DNA from: Steroidobacteraceae bacterium
GTDB lineage: Bacteria; Pseudomonadota; Gammaproteobacteria; Steroidobacterales; Steroidobacteraceae
DNA: 64,000 nt
Direction: 5' to 3'
NCBI GenBank assembly: GCA_035568235.1
Contig: DATMOK010000027.1
Span: 11,132 to 75,131 of the forward strand
The notes under the pieces: model-generated
The model's database searches: none
What the model saw: only the letters and a program-made list of their open reading frames with translations
What the model was told of the DNA's origin: nothing
Shown: positions 7,949 through 17,934 of the stretch, piece after piece
How positions within the stretch are numbered: the first letter of the stretch is position 1
How the letters are laid out: every line of letters begins with the position of its first letter
Translations under genes and position numbers: made by a program

Positions 7949-9067
7949 TCAGGCGAACGGTTCGGCGGTTGCCACCGCCGGTGTCGTCTTGCGCGCCAGG
8001 CACTCGCGGATCAGCTCGAGCGCGCTGCGATCGTTGGGCGGTAACTCCACCGGGCTCACGCCGCGCGATGTCGTACGCTCGCCCCAGCGTACCGCGTGAG
8101 CGCAGAAAGACAGGCCGCCGCCGAAGCCCGGCATGAGCAGCAGCGTCCCGGGGCGCACGCGGCCCTCCTCGAGCGCCTCACACAGCGCCACCGGCACGGT
8201 GGCTGCCGACATGTTGCCGTAGCGATGCACGGTCACAAACACCCGCTCCATGGGCACGTGGACGCGTTTGGCCACCGCCTCGATGATGCGCAGATTGGCC
8301 TGGTGCGGTACCACCAGGTCGACTTGCTGCGCGGAGGCGCCGATGCGCCGCAGTGCTTCCTCGCTCGCCAGCACCATACCCTGCACGGCGCGCCTGAAGA
8401 TCTCCTGACCCTCGAACTGCCAGCGGGTGATGCCGTGGAGTACGCCGCGGTTGGCGTAGCGGCCGCCCATGCCGTGGACTCTCAGGATCTCGCGCGCCTC
8501 GCCATAGCAGCCGAGCTTCTCCGCGAGCAGTCCTTCCTCGCGCTCGCTCGCCTCGAGCACCACCGCCGCCGCGCCATCGCCGAACAGCACGGCCACGTCG
8601 CGGTCGCTCCAGTCCATGAAGGGTGAGATCAGCTCCGCGCCGATCACCAGGGCGTTGCGGACCACGCCGGTGCGGATCAGCGCGCTCGCGGTCGACAGCC
8701 CGTAGAGGAAGCTGGTGCAGGCCGTGTTGATGTCGTAGGCGGCCGCCTCGCGCGCGCCGATGCGCAGCTGGATCCCGGAGGCCATGTTGGGCACCTGGTC
8801 GTCATAGCTGCAGCTGCCAAACACGATGAGCTCGACGCGCTCGCCGCCAAGTCCGGCACTCGCCAACGCGCGCGCCGCGGCCACGTAGGCGAGTTCACCG
8901 AGCGGCACGTGCGAGATACGCCGCTCGCGGATCCCGGTGCGGCTCACGATCCATTCATCGCTGGTGTCGAGAATCGTGGCGAGATCCTGGTTCGTCAGCA
9001 CCGCCGGCGGCAGGCACTTTCCCCAGCCGGTGATGGCCGCGCAGGTCGCAGGGACACGCTCGCTCAT
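7949..9067 (-). CDS. 3-oxoacyl-ACP synthase III (FabH-like) with a C-terminal extension of about 45 aa
   Basis: The Cys-His-Asn triad contexts are present: NTACTSFLYG, VPHQANLRII and HRYGNMSAAT. At 372 aa it is longer than a typical FabH (about 320-330 aa). Confidence 0.85.
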   Translation of the reverse strand: MSERVPATCAAITGWGKCLPPAVLTNQDLATILDTSDEWIVSRTGIRERRISHVPLGELAYVAAARALASAGLGGERVELIVFGSCSYDDQVPNMASGIQLRIGAREAAAYDINTACTSFLYGLSTASALIRTGVVRNALVIGAELISPFMDWSDRDVAVLFGDGAAAVVLEASEREEGLLAEKLGCYGEAREILRVHGMGGRYANRGVLHGITRWQFEGQEIFRRAVQGMVLASEEALRRIGASAQQVDLVVPHQANLRIIEAVAKRVHVPMERVFVTVHRYGNMSAATVPVALCEALEEGRVRPGTLLLMPGFGGGLSFCAHAVRWGERTTSRGVSPVELPPNDRSALELIRECLARKTTPAVATAEPFA

Positions 9068-9076
9068 GGGCGCGGG

Positions 9077-10156
9077 CTAGGATAACAGGGCCGGCGGCGC
9101 GGGCGCCGGGGAGTCTGGCGCGCCGTCTGGCGCGTAGTCGAAGGAGTCGAAGTACAAGCGCTCCGGCGGCAGCCCGTGGCGCGGGAAGCTCGCGCGCATT
9201 GCCTCGATCATCGCCGGCGGGCCCGCGGCATACACTTCGAAGCGCGACAGGTCCGGATAGTCGGCGAGCACCGCCGCATGCACCCATCCCGTGCGGTGGT
9301 GCGGCGCCTGCGCGGCGCTGGCCTCCGACAGCACGGCGGTGAAGCGCAGCTGGCGATGCGCCTGCGCCGCCCAGCTGAGCATGCGCGCTTCCTCGTACAG
9401 GTCCGCGCGGTGACGCACGCCCCAGTAGAAGTGGATCTCCCGGCGGATGCCGGTCTCGAGTACGTGCCGCAGTATCGACTTGAGCGGCGCAAAGCCGGTG
9501 CCGCCGCCCACCATGATCATTGGGCCGGGGCCATCCCGATAGGTGAATTGCCCCATCGGTCCCTCGATGCGCAGCAGCGAGCCGGTCGTGAGGGCGTCCG
9601 CGCCGCCGCCGAACAGCCGCTCGGTGAAGCCGCCGCCTGACACGCGGCGCACGTGCAGCTCGAGGCGCGCCGCATCGTGCGGCGGGCAGGCGATGGAGAA
9701 GCTGCGTCGCCTGCCCCCGTCCAGCAGCACATCAAGATACTGCCCGGGCTGGAAGCTTAAGCGCTCCACCGCGGGCAGTTGCAGCCTCACCTCGAGGACG
9801 TCCGCAGCGAGCGGCGTCAGGCGCGCGATACGGCACGGCAGCGTCTTGATCTCGACAGCGGCGACGCCGGCGATGAGCCGCGCCTCGACCGTGAGGTCCG
9901 AGCGTGGCCGCGCCTGGCACAGCAGGATCTGCCCGCGCTGCGCCTCAGCGGCGGTAATGCCGAGCGGCAGGCCGTTAGGGTAGTGGATCTCGCCCGCAAG
10001 GAGCCGCGCGCGGCACGACCCGCAATGGCCCGACTTGCAGCTGTGCGGCAGGTTCAGGCCCGCGGCGAGCGCCGCCTGCAGCACCGGCTCCCCGGCTGCC
10101 ACGGTGAGCGAGCGGGCGTGCGGCTGGATGCATACGCTGTAACCGGGGGCCGACAC
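9077..10156 (-). CDS. 2Fe-2S ferredoxin / FAD-NAD(P) oxidoreductase fusion (AscD/BenC-type reductase)
   Basis: The N-terminal plant-type 2Fe-2S motif is CKSGHCGSCRARL...C. The FNR-like part has RSFSIA, GGTGFAP and the C-terminal YFDSF. The start codon is GTG. Confidence 0.8.
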   Translation of the reverse strand: MSAPGYSVCIQPHARSLTVAAGEPVLQAALAAGLNLPHSCKSGHCGSCRARLLAGEIHYPNGLPLGITAAEAQRGQILLCQARPRSDLTVEARLIAGVAAVEIKTLPCRIARLTPLAADVLEVRLQLPAVERLSFQPGQYLDVLLDGGRRRSFSIACPPHDAARLELHVRRVSGGGFTERLFGGGADALTTGSLLRIEGPMGQFTYRDGPGPMIMVGGGTGFAPLKSILRHVLETGIRREIHFYWGVRHRADLYEEARMLSWAAQAHRQLRFTAVLSEASAAQAPHHRTGWVHAAVLADYPDLSRFEVYAAGPPAMIEAMRASFPRHGLPPERLYFDSFDYAPDGAPDSPAPAPPALLS

Positions 10157-10198
10157 GATGGCAATAGACTAGCAGGCCCCCCGGGGCAAGGAGCCGCC

Positions 10199-10627
10199 AT
10201 GTTCGCGAACCCCCCAGCGGATGAGATCGCGCAGCTGCTGCGCGCGGCGCACACCATTGCGATCGTCGGTCTGTCGCCCGACCGCACCCGCCCCAGCCAC
10301 GGCGTGGCGCGCGCTCTGCAGCGTTTCGGCTACCGCATCATTCCGGTAAACCCTTACGCCGAGAGCATTCTCGGCGAGCCGGCGGTGGCCTCCCTCGAGC
10401 AGCTGCCCGAGCAGCTCGAGCCCGGCGAGCAGATCGACATCGTCGCGGTGTTCCGCCGCCCCGCGCACATCGCGGAAATCGTCGGGCAATGCATGCGTCT
10501 CAAGCTCCCGGCGCTGTGGCTGCAGGACGGGGTGATCGATGCGGCGGCGGCGGAGCGCGCCTCGCAGGCCGGAATCTTCACCGTCATGGATCGCTGCCTG
10601 TTCCGCGACCGCGCGGCGTTGCGTTAG
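10199..10627 (+). CDS. CoA-binding domain protein (YccU/YneT-like)
   Basis: The ATG is preceded by AAGGAG. The motif IAIVGLSPDRTRPSHGVA...GYRIIPVNP is typical of the family. Confidence 0.8.
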   Translation: MFANPPADEIAQLLRAAHTIAIVGLSPDRTRPSHGVARALQRFGYRIIPVNPYAESILGEPAVASLEQLPEQLEPGEQIDIVAVFRRPAHIAEIVGQCMRLKLPALWLQDGVIDAAAAERASQAGIFTVMDRCLFRDRAALR

Positions 10628-10650
10628 TTTTGCGCTATCCTTGTGGCCCA

Positions 10651-11481
10651 ATGCGCGTCGCGTTCACGAAGATGCACGGGGTCGGCAACGATTTCGTCGT
10701 GTTCGATGCGCCCATCGAGCGCGCGCTGCTCGAGCCCGCGAGCCTGAGACGTCTGGCCGACCGGCGCACCGGCATCGGTTTCGATCAGGCGCTGCTGCTC
10801 GAGGCGCCGCGGCGTGCCGACACGGCGGTCTTCTACCGCGTCTTCAACTGCGACGGTGTCGAAGTCGAGCAGTGCGGCAACGGCGCGCGCTGCATCGCCG
10901 CGCTCCTGCACCGCCGTGGGCGCACGCGCGACGGGGCCGTGCGGCTCGACAGTCCCGCCGGCATCGTCGAGGCGCGCGTCGCGCACCCGACGCAGGTCGC
11001 GGTCGACATGGGGGTCCCGAATTTCGATCCGGCCTCGCTCCCCTTCACGGCGGCCGCCGAGGCCGACAGCTATCCGCTCGAGGTGGACGGCGCGACGCTT
11101 CAGATCGGCGCGGTGTCGCTCGGCAACCCGCACGCCGTGCTCACCGTCGGCTCGGTCGCCACCGCCCCGGTGGCGACGCTCGGCCCGCAGATCGAGCACC
11201 ATGCGCGCTTCCCGCGGCGGGTGAATGCCGGCTTCCTCGAGATCGTCGACCGCGCGCACCTGAAGCTGCGCGTCTACGAGCGCGGCGCTGGCGAGACCCT
11301 CGCCTGCGGTACCGGCGCCTGTGCGGCGGTGGCGGTCGCGCGGCGCCGCGGGCTGGTCGATGCCGACGTGCGGGTCGCGGTACGTGGCGGCGAGTTACGC
11401 GTAAACTGGGCGCAGCCGGGGGCGCACATCTGGCTGAGCGGTGCGGCGGAAATCTCTTTCGAAGGACAAGTCGAGGTCTGA
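10651..11481 (+). CDS. dapF: Diaminopimelate epimerase
   Basis: The sequence has MRVAFTKMHGVGNDFVVFD, the two catalytic Cys contexts (FNCDGVEVEQCGNG and ETLACGTGACA) and the conserved dapF-DUF484-xerC gene order. Confidence 0.9.
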   Translation: MRVAFTKMHGVGNDFVVFDAPIERALLEPASLRRLADRRTGIGFDQALLLEAPRRADTAVFYRVFNCDGVEVEQCGNGARCIAALLHRRGRTRDGAVRLDSPAGIVEARVAHPTQVAVDMGVPNFDPASLPFTAAAEADSYPLEVDGATLQIGAVSLGNPHAVLTVGSVATAPVATLGPQIEHHARFPRRVNAGFLEIVDRAHLKLRVYERGAGETLACGTGACAAVAVARRRGLVDADVRVAVRGGELRVNWAQPGAHIWLSGAAEISFEGQVEV

Positions 11482-11485
11482 GCAC

Positions 11486-12193
11486 ATGACAACAAGAGAA
11501 GCTCGCGGTCTTACGGCGGCCGAATCCGAGGAGGAGACGATCGCCGGCTACCTGCAGCGCAATCCCGAATTCTTCGAGCGCCACCAGGGGGTGCTGGCGC
11601 GATTGAAGCTGCCGCACGCCCGCGGCGGTGCCGCGATCTCGCTCGTCGAGCGGCAGATCGAGGTGTTGCGCGAGAAGCTCGGTGGTCTGGAGGGCAAGCT
11701 CGCGGAGCTGCTGCGCACCGCGCGCGCCAACGATGCGATCGCCGACCGCCTGCACCGCTTCACGCGGCGGCTGCTGCGCGCCGTGCCGCGCACCGAGGCG
11801 GTGGCGCGCATCGAGGCGGGGCTGCGCGAGGATTTCGACGCCTTCCATGCGGCGCTGGTGCTGATCGGCGAGCACCCGGGGCTGCCGGCGCAACGTTTCG
11901 TGCGCCAGGTGGCCGCGGACGATCCGAATCTCAAGTCCTTCGAGAGCCTGTTTGCGAGCGGTAAGCCGCGCTGCGGCCAGGCGCGCGACTCGCAGCGCGA
12001 GTTCCTGTTCGGTCCCGAGGGGCTCGAGATGGGCTCGGTCGCTCTGGTGCCGCTCGGCAGCAAGGGCTCGGTCGGCCTGCTGGCGCTCGGCAGTCCCGAC
12101 AAGGATCGCTTCCACCCCGGGATGAGCACCGAGTTCCTGGGCCGCATGGCGGATCTGATCGCGGACGCGCTCACCGCCGCCGACGCCACCTGA
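11486..12193 (+). CDS. DUF484 family protein (YigA-like)
   Basis: It has YLQRNPEFFERH near the N-terminus, a coiled-coil segment and a GAF-like C-terminal region. It occupies the conserved position between dapF and xerC. Confidence 0.8.
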   Translation: MTTREARGLTAAESEEETIAGYLQRNPEFFERHQGVLARLKLPHARGGAAISLVERQIEVLREKLGGLEGKLAELLRTARANDAIADRLHRFTRRLLRAVPRTEAVARIEAGLREDFDAFHAALVLIGEHPGLPAQRFVRQVAADDPNLKSFESLFASGKPRCGQARDSQREFLFGPEGLEMGSVALVPLGSKGSVGLLALGSPDKDRFHPGMSTEFLGRMADLIADALTAADAT

Positions 12194-12218
12194 GGGCAGT
12201 GGCCGGCGGTCAGACCCC

Positions 12219-13157
12219 ATGAGTCCGGCGGCACTCGAGTGGCTCGACCGCTTTCGCCGCTACCTGGGAACGGAGCGACGACTGTCGCCGCACACCGACG
12301 TGAGCTATGCGCGCGATCTGAAGGCGCTGGTCGGATTCTGCGACCGCTTGAATCTCCCGGACTGGAGCGCGCTCGACACGCAGCACATCCGTACTTTCGC
12401 CGCCCACTCCCATGCCGGCGGTCTCTCGCCGCGCAGCGTCCAGCGGCGCTTGTCCGCGATTCGCAGCTTTTACGAATTTCTGCTGCGCGAGGCCCCGATC
12501 GAGGCTGCCCGTGGAGGACGGCGCGCCGCGCGCGTCACCGTCAACCCTGCGCTCGAGGTACGCGCGCCGAAGGCGCCGCGCCGTTTGCCGCACACGCTCG
12601 ATGCGGACCAGATGGCGCGCCTCCTGGAGATACCGGCCGGCGCCGGCCTCATCGCGCGCGACCGGGCGCTGATGGAGCTGCTGTATTCTTCCGGCTTGCG
12701 GCTCGCCGAGCTCGTCGGGCTCGACGTCATCGATCTCGACCTCAAGGATCGTACCGTGCAGGTGCTCGGCAAGGGGCGCAAGGCGCGCATCGTCCCCGTG
12801 GGGCGCCACGCGCTCGCGGCACTGCGCGCCTGGCTCAAGGAGCGTGCGGCGCTCGCCGCCGCGGCCGAGACCGCGTTGTTCGTGGGGCGCGGCGGGCGGC
12901 GCCTCGGTCCACGCGCGATCCAGGCGCGGGTCGAGTACTGGGCCAGGCGCCAGGGGCTGGGTGTACACGTGCATCCGCACCTGTTCCGCCATTCCTTCGC
13001 CTCGCACCTGCTCGAGTCGGGCGGCGAGCTGCGCGGCGTCCAGGAGCTGCTCGGTCACGCCGACATCTCCACCACCCAGATTTACACCCACCTTGACTTC
13101 CAGCACCTCGCCCGCATCTACGACGCTGCTCACCCGCGGGCGCGGCGCAAGGTCTGA
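12219..13157 (+). CDS. xerC: Tyrosine recombinase XerC
   Basis: The catalytic contexts are [26 protein letters not shown] and [15 protein letters not shown]. The housekeeping context is dapF on one side and hslVU on the other. Confidence 0.9.
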   Translation: MSPAALEWLDRFRRYLGTERRLSPHTDVSYARDLKALVGFCDRLNLPDWSALDTQHIRTFAAHSHAGGLSPRSVQRRLSAIRSFYEFLLREAPIEAARGGRRAARVTVNPALEVRAPKAPRRLPHTLDADQMARLLEIPAGAGLIARDRALMELLYSSGLRLAELVGLDVIDLDLKDRTVQVLGKGRKARIVPVGRHALAALRAWLKERAALAAAAETALFVGRGGRRLGPRAIQARVEYWARRQGLGVHVHPHLFRHSFASHLLESGGELRGVQELLGHADISTTQIYTHLDFQHLARIYDAAHPRARRKV

Positions 13158-13221
13158 CTTAAGGCCGGACCGTTCCTGCTCCCCGGGGGACCTAAACCCC
13201 GCGACCGACTCCAGGAGCCTT

Positions 13222-13788
13222 ATGAGCGAACCTCTGTTCAATCCCCACGGCACCACCATCCTCGGGGTGCGACGCAACGGTGCCGTCGCGCTTGGCGGCG
13301 ACGGCCAGGTCACCCTCGGCAACACCGTCATGAAAGGCAACGCCCGCAAGGTGCGGCGCCTGTTTGGCGACAAGGTGCTGGCCGGCTTTGCCGGCGGCAC
13401 GGCGGATGCTTTCACGCTGTTCGAGCGTTTCGAGGGCAAGCTCGAGAAGTACGGCAACCTCACCCGCGCCGCCATCGAGCTCGCCAAGGACTGGCGCTCG
13501 GACCGCTATCTGCGCCGCCTCGAGGCGCTGCTGCTGGTCGGGGATCCCGACAAGCTGTTCGTGATCTCCGGCAACGGCGATGTGATCGAGCCCGACTACG
13601 ACGTGGCCGCGATCGGCTCCGGCGGCCAGTTTGCCCTCGCCGCGGCGCGCGCGCTGCTTGAGGGCTCGGAGCTCGGCGCGCGCGAGATCGTCGAGCGCTC
13701 GCTCAATATCGCCGCCGACATCTGCATCTATACCAACCGCAACCTCGCCATTGAGGAACTCATGGGCAAGGGCGCAGGGTCCAGGTAA
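13222..13788 (+). CDS. hslV: ATP-dependent protease subunit HslV
   Basis: The N-terminal region reads [10 protein letters not shown]..., with the active-site Thr following a short leader. An AGGAG Shine-Dalgarno is present and hslU follows 4 nt later. Confidence 0.95.
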   Translation: MSEPLFNPHGTTILGVRRNGAVALGGDGQVTLGNTVMKGNARKVRRLFGDKVLAGFAGGTADAFTLFERFEGKLEKYGNLTRAAIELAKDWRSDRYLRRLEALLLVGDPDKLFVISGNGDVIEPDYDVAAIGSGGQFALAAARALLEGSELGAREIVERSLNIAADICIYTNRNLAIEELMGKGAGSR

Positions 13789-13792
13789 AGCC

Positions 13793-15148
13793 ATGTCATC
13801 CGCACTCACCCCCCGGCAGATCGTCCAGGAGCTCGACAAGCACATCATCGGCCAGCAGGCCGCCAAGCGCGCGGTGGCCATCGCGCTGCGCAACCGCTGG
13901 CGGCGCATGCAGGTCGAGGAGCCGCTGCGCCAGGAAATCACGCCGAAGAACATCCTCATGATCGGCCCGACCGGCGTCGGCAAGACCGAGATCGCGCGCC
14001 GGCTCGCCAAGCTCGCCAACGCGCCGTTCGTCAAGGTGGAGGCGACCAAGTTCACCGAGGTGGGCTACGTCGGCCGCGACGTCGATTCGATCGTCAAGGA
14101 GCTCGCCGACGTCGCGGTGAAGATCACCCGCGAGCAGGAGATGGCCAAGGTGCGCGAGCGCGCGCTCGATGCCGCCGAGGAGCGCGTTCTCGATGCGCTG
14201 CTGCCGAAGCCGCGCATGATGGGCTTCTCGACCGACGAGCCGGCCACGGCGCGCGACGGCGAGACGCGCCAGAAATTCCGCAAGATGCTGCGCGAGCACG
14301 AGCTCGACGACCGCGAGGTCGAGATCGAGCTGCGCTCGATGCCGATGGGCGTCGAGATCATGGCGCCGCCGGGCATGGAAGAGATGCAGCAGCAGCTGCA
14401 GTCGATGTTCCAGAATCTGGGCGGCAATCGCACCCGCACCCGCAAGGTGAAGGTGCGCGAGGCCTTGAAGCTCCTCATCGATGAGGAGGCCGGCAAGCTC
14501 ATCAACGAGGACGAGCTCAAGGTCCAGGCGCTCGCCAACGCCGAGCAGAACGGCATCGTCTTCATCGACGAGATCGACAAGGTGACGCGGCGCCAGGAGA
14601 CGATCGGCGCCGACGTGTCGCGCGAGGGCGTGCAGCGCGACCTGCTGCCGCTTGTCGAGGGCTCGACGGTTGCCACCAAGTACGGACCGGTGAAGACCGA
14701 TCACGTTCTCTTCATCGCCTCGGGCGCCTTCAGCCTGTCGAAGCCCTCGGACTTGATCCCGGAGCTGCAGGGACGGCTGCCGATCCGGGTGGAGCTCGAT
14801 TCCCTCAAGGTGGGCGATTTCGTGCGCATCCTCACCGAGCCCGACGCCTCCCTCACCGCGCAGTACAGGGCGCTGATGGCGACCGAGGGCGTCGAGGTCG
14901 CCTTCGACGACAGCGGCGTGCGGCGCATCGCCGAGATCGCCTTCCAGGTGAACGAGCGCACCGAGAACATCGGCGCGCGGCGCCTGCATACCGTCATGGA
15001 GCGCCTCCTCGAGACGGTGTCCTATGAGGCGACTGCGGAGGAGGGCAAGGCGGACGGCAAGCGCCGCGTGACCATCGACGCGCAGTACGTCGACGATCAC
15101 CTAGGCAAGCTCGTCAAGGACGAAGACCTCAGCCGCTACATTCTCTGA
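13793..15148 (+). CDS. hslU: ATP-dependent protease ATPase subunit HslU
   Basis: The sequence has [34 protein letters not shown], Walker [16 protein letters not shown] and the DEIDK Walker B region. Confidence 0.95.
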   Translation: MSSALTPRQIVQELDKHIIGQQAAKRAVAIALRNRWRRMQVEEPLRQEITPKNILMIGPTGVGKTEIARRLAKLANAPFVKVEATKFTEVGYVGRDVDSIVKELADVAVKITREQEMAKVRERALDAAEERVLDALLPKPRMMGFSTDEPATARDGETRQKFRKMLREHELDDREVEIELRSMPMGVEIMAPPGMEEMQQQLQSMFQNLGGNRTRTRKVKVREALKLLIDEEAGKLINEDELKVQALANAEQNGIVFIDEIDKVTRRQETIGADVSREGVQRDLLPLVEGSTVATKYGPVKTDHVLFIASGAFSLSKPSDLIPELQGRLPIRVELDSLKVGDFVRILTEPDASLTAQYRALMATEGVEVAFDDSGVRRIAEIAFQVNERTENIGARRLHTVMERLLETVSYEATAEEGKADGKRRVTIDAQYVDDHLGKLVKDEDLSRYIL

Positions 15149-15162
15149 AGTTTCCGCGGCCG

Positions 15163-15197
15163 AAAAACAGCGCCCGGCATCTGCCGGGCGCTGTTTC
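15163..15197. terminator. Bidirectional intrinsic terminator between hslU and the convergent TonB-dependent receptor
   Basis: An 11-bp perfect stem (ACAGCGCCCGG / CCGGGCGCTGT) with a 6-nt loop is flanked by AAAAA on one side and TTT on the other. Confidence 0.55.
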
Positions 15198-15214
15198 CTT
15201 GCTGGCTGCTGCGC

Positions 15215-17752
15215 TTACTTGAACTTGTAGGTGAAGTCGAGTCCCGCGGTGATCGGGCGATTCACCAGATAGCGCACGAAGGCATTGGTCTGCAGGTCGA
15301 TCTGCGGCTGCGGATCGAGCAGCGCTTCCTTGTTCGTGAGGTTGTTCACGTACAGTGAGGCGGTCCACGCGTCGGCCGCGAATCCGAGGCGCGCGTTCAG
15401 GAACCCGTACGCCGGCAGATGCAGCAGGTAATTGTTGACGTAGCCCGACGAGCTTGGATAGATCGTGATGGACTCGCCGTACGGCGCATCGGTGCGTGTG
15501 CCGATGTAATCGCCCTCGAGCGTTCCGATCAGCGAGACGTCGCTCGTAAGCGGATGCTTCCAGCGCAAAGTAGCCGATGCCGTGAAGTCCGGGATGTCGG
15601 GGACGTTATAGCCGCTGGGGAATCCCGTGATGGGGCTGGCCGCCGTGAACTGCGCGTTGGTGTAGCCGGCGTTCACCCCGAGCGTCCACTCGCGGCTCAG
15701 CAGCGCCTGCATCTCTGCCTCGAGACCGTAGATGCGCGCATCGGCGCCGTTGGCGGTGATCCCGAACCCCGAGAGGTTGGTTGAGAGCTGCGGATTCGTC
15801 CAGCGCTCGTAGTAAGCCGAGACGTTGAGGACCAAGTGCTTATCCAGCAGCTCGGATTTCTCGCCGACCTCGTAGTTCCACACCGAGTCCGAGGTGAAAG
15901 TGGCGGGCGCCTGTAATAGTACGTTGCTATTGCAGCCGTTGGTGAGTTTGGCCTGCAGAGCAAACTCGTTGCCCTGCAGCGGCCCCGAGGGCGCCGCGCA
16001 GTTGACCGCCGCCACCGGAATCGGCTGGTTTGCACCCCCCAGCCGGAAGCCCTTGGCGATCGTGGCGTACAGCAGCACGTCAGGGTCGACCTTCCAGCTC
16101 AGATCGAACTTCGGATCGGTGCCGCTCGCGCTGTTGGAATCGCCGGTGAGGTAAGGCAGGTCGGGGTTGCCGAGGCCCCCGTTCACTGTGAACACGCCGT
16201 ATTCCATGTTCGACTGGCCGAGGCTGTAGTGGTAGTGACGCAGTCCCACCGTCGCCTTGAGATCGGGGGTGAAGTTCCAGGAGGCCTCGCCGAACTCGGC
16301 GTTCTGCGTGATCACCTGCGGCTGGACATCCACGTACAGATTGGTGGTCGGTCCCAGCCCGATGGCCGTCATTGCCGCTCCCGCCTGTGGAGCGATGGCC
16401 CACTCATCCCACTCGGAATACAGGTCCTGGTAAAAGTAGCCGAGGATCCACTGGAAGGGGCCGGAGCCGGTCGAGGTCAGGCGCAGCTCCTCGCTGATCT
16501 GGCGCGTATAGTCCTTCTCCGTCACCGACGGACCGTTGGGCGCCGGACCCGACGGTCCGATGCCGAACGGGCTGCCTCCCGCGCCGTTACCGGAGTCGTA
16601 ATTCGGGAAGCCGAAGGCGTCGTTGTTCTCCTCGGTGCTGTCTTGCGAGATGAGCGTATTGCGCCCCCACATGGCGGTGGCCGAGGTGACCGTAAAGGCT
16701 GGTGCCTGGTACTCGATCTTCAGGCTCCCGAGTGTGAACTTGTCTTCCTGCGGCTCGGGCGAATCGTAGATCTCCCAGTGAGCGAGGGTACTGGGCACGG
16801 TCGGATGGGTCGGATTGCCGTTCACATCCACCTCGTCCGGTGCGGCCTGCCGCGTGAGCTGGTACATCAGCATCGGTGTGATCGACAGGTTGTCGGACGG
16901 CTTCCACAGCACCAGCACGCGCGCCGAGTCGATGGTGGTGCTGTTGGCACCATTGATCTGCTCCGCATCCGGGTAGGTGTAGAAATTGGCCGGCCGTGCA
17001 TTGTTCTGCGTCGCATAGCCTCCCGTGTCGACCGGCGCCCCGTCGGCGAGCACGATGCGCTTGATCCAGCCGCTCTCGGAGATCTCCGAGCCGACGAAGC
17101 GGACCGCGAGGTCATCGCCGATCGGCAGGTTGACCATGCCGTTGACCTTCTGGTTGAAGTCGCCGCCGGAGCCCGTATAACCCGTGTCAATCTCACCCGA
17201 GGCCGCGAATTGGCCGAGCTGGGGTTGATTGAGCACCAGCTTGACGGCGCCGCCCATCGAGCTCGAGCCGTAGAGAGTTCCCTGCGGACCACGCAGCACC
17301 TCGACCCGGGATAGATCGTAGAGAGTCGGATCGATCTCCTCCTTGCCGAGCTGCGCCGACGCAGGTGACGACAGCGGCGTCTCGTCGAGGTAGAACCCCA
17401 CTTGCGAGGAGTTGCCACCGGCGGAGTTGAGTCCGCGCATCTCGAATTCCGTCTGACCGGGGCCGGCTGAGCGCATGGCGATGCCGGGCACTGACTGTGC
17501 GAGCGAATTGAAATCGACGATGCCGCGGTCGGCGATCTCCGCCGACGACACTGCCGTGATGCTCGCGCCGGTGTCCTGAACCGTACTGGTGCGCTTCTCC
17601 GCCGTGACGACTACCTCCTGGAGCTGATCGCCAGCGGGGCCCGCCGCCTGGGCTGGCGCCTGCGCCTGGGCGTGCGCGCCGTGCGCGAGCCCGAGCCCGA
17701 GTGCGATCGCGATGGCCTGTGCGATGCGGCTTCTTGCTGTCGTCGAGATCAT
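15215..17752 (-). CDS. TonB-dependent outer-membrane receptor
   Basis: The ATG at 17752 gives the signal peptide MISTTARSRIAQAIAIALGLGLAHGAHA. A plug region follows (EVVVTAEKR..., DFNSLAQSVPGI) and then a long beta-barrel. Confidence 0.9.
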   Translation of the reverse strand: MISTTARSRIAQAIAIALGLGLAHGAHAQAQAPAQAAGPAGDQLQEVVVTAEKRTSTVQDTGASITAVSSAEIADRGIVDFNSLAQSVPGIAMRSAGPGQTEFEMRGLNSAGGNSSQVGFYLDETPLSSPASAQLGKEEIDPTLYDLSRVEVLRGPQGTLYGSSSMGGAVKLVLNQPQLGQFAASGEIDTGYTGSGGDFNQKVNGMVNLPIGDDLAVRFVGSEISESGWIKRIVLADGAPVDTGGYATQNNARPANFYTYPDAEQINGANSTTIDSARVLVLWKPSDNLSITPMLMYQLTRQAAPDEVDVNGNPTHPTVPSTLAHWEIYDSPEPQEDKFTLGSLKIEYQAPAFTVTSATAMWGRNTLISQDSTEENNDAFGFPNYDSGNGAGGSPFGIGPSGPAPNGPSVTEKDYTRQISEELRLTSTGSGPFQWILGYFYQDLYSEWDEWAIAPQAGAAMTAIGLGPTTNLYVDVQPQVITQNAEFGEASWNFTPDLKATVGLRHYHYSLGQSNMEYGVFTVNGGLGNPDLPYLTGDSNSASGTDPKFDLSWKVDPDVLLYATIAKGFRLGGANQPIPVAAVNCAAPSGPLQGNEFALQAKLTNGCNSNVLLQAPATFTSDSVWNYEVGEKSELLDKHLVLNVSAYYERWTNPQLSTNLSGFGITANGADARIYGLEAEMQALLSREWTLGVNAGYTNAQFTAASPITGFPSGYNVPDIPDFTASATLRWKHPLTSDVSLIGTLEGDYIGTRTDAPYGESITIYPSSSGYVNNYLLHLPAYGFLNARLGFAADAWTASLYVNNLTNKEALLDPQPQIDLQTNAFVRYLVNRPITAGLDFTYKFK

Positions 17753-17934
17753 GGTGTGCTCCCCTTGCAGTGGCTGTCGGCTGAAGTGCTCATGGCACGC
17801 GTGACACCGACTTAATTGTCTTAGTATACGTGCAGATGCAACGCGAAGAACCTCCCGCAGGATCGTTGTAGATTCGCGACACGAGCGTTGTTGGGAGCCG
17901 TCCGTGTGCTCCCACGGTCGCAAACGGATCGACT

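Noticed and set aside
12219-13157. A tyrosine recombinase as a possible integrase or mobile-element marker.
   Set aside because: Its sequence and its dapF-DUF484-xerC-hslVU context identify it as the housekeeping XerC. I see no att-like repeats, phage genes or compositional shift nearby.
13157-13187. A possible sigma-32 heat-shock promoter upstream of hslV (CTTAAG-17 nt-CCCCGGGG).
   Set aside because: The match to CTTGAA-N13-15-CCCCATNT is poor, both in spacing and in the -10 tail. It is not strong enough to report as a feature.
17753-17934. A possible cobalamin riboswitch (a GCCACTG-like string) or a Fur box upstream of the TonB-dependent receptor.
   Set aside because: Only a short chance match is present. 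The other conserved riboswitch elements and the required length of about 200 nt are absent, and there is no Fur-box-like AT-rich palindrome.
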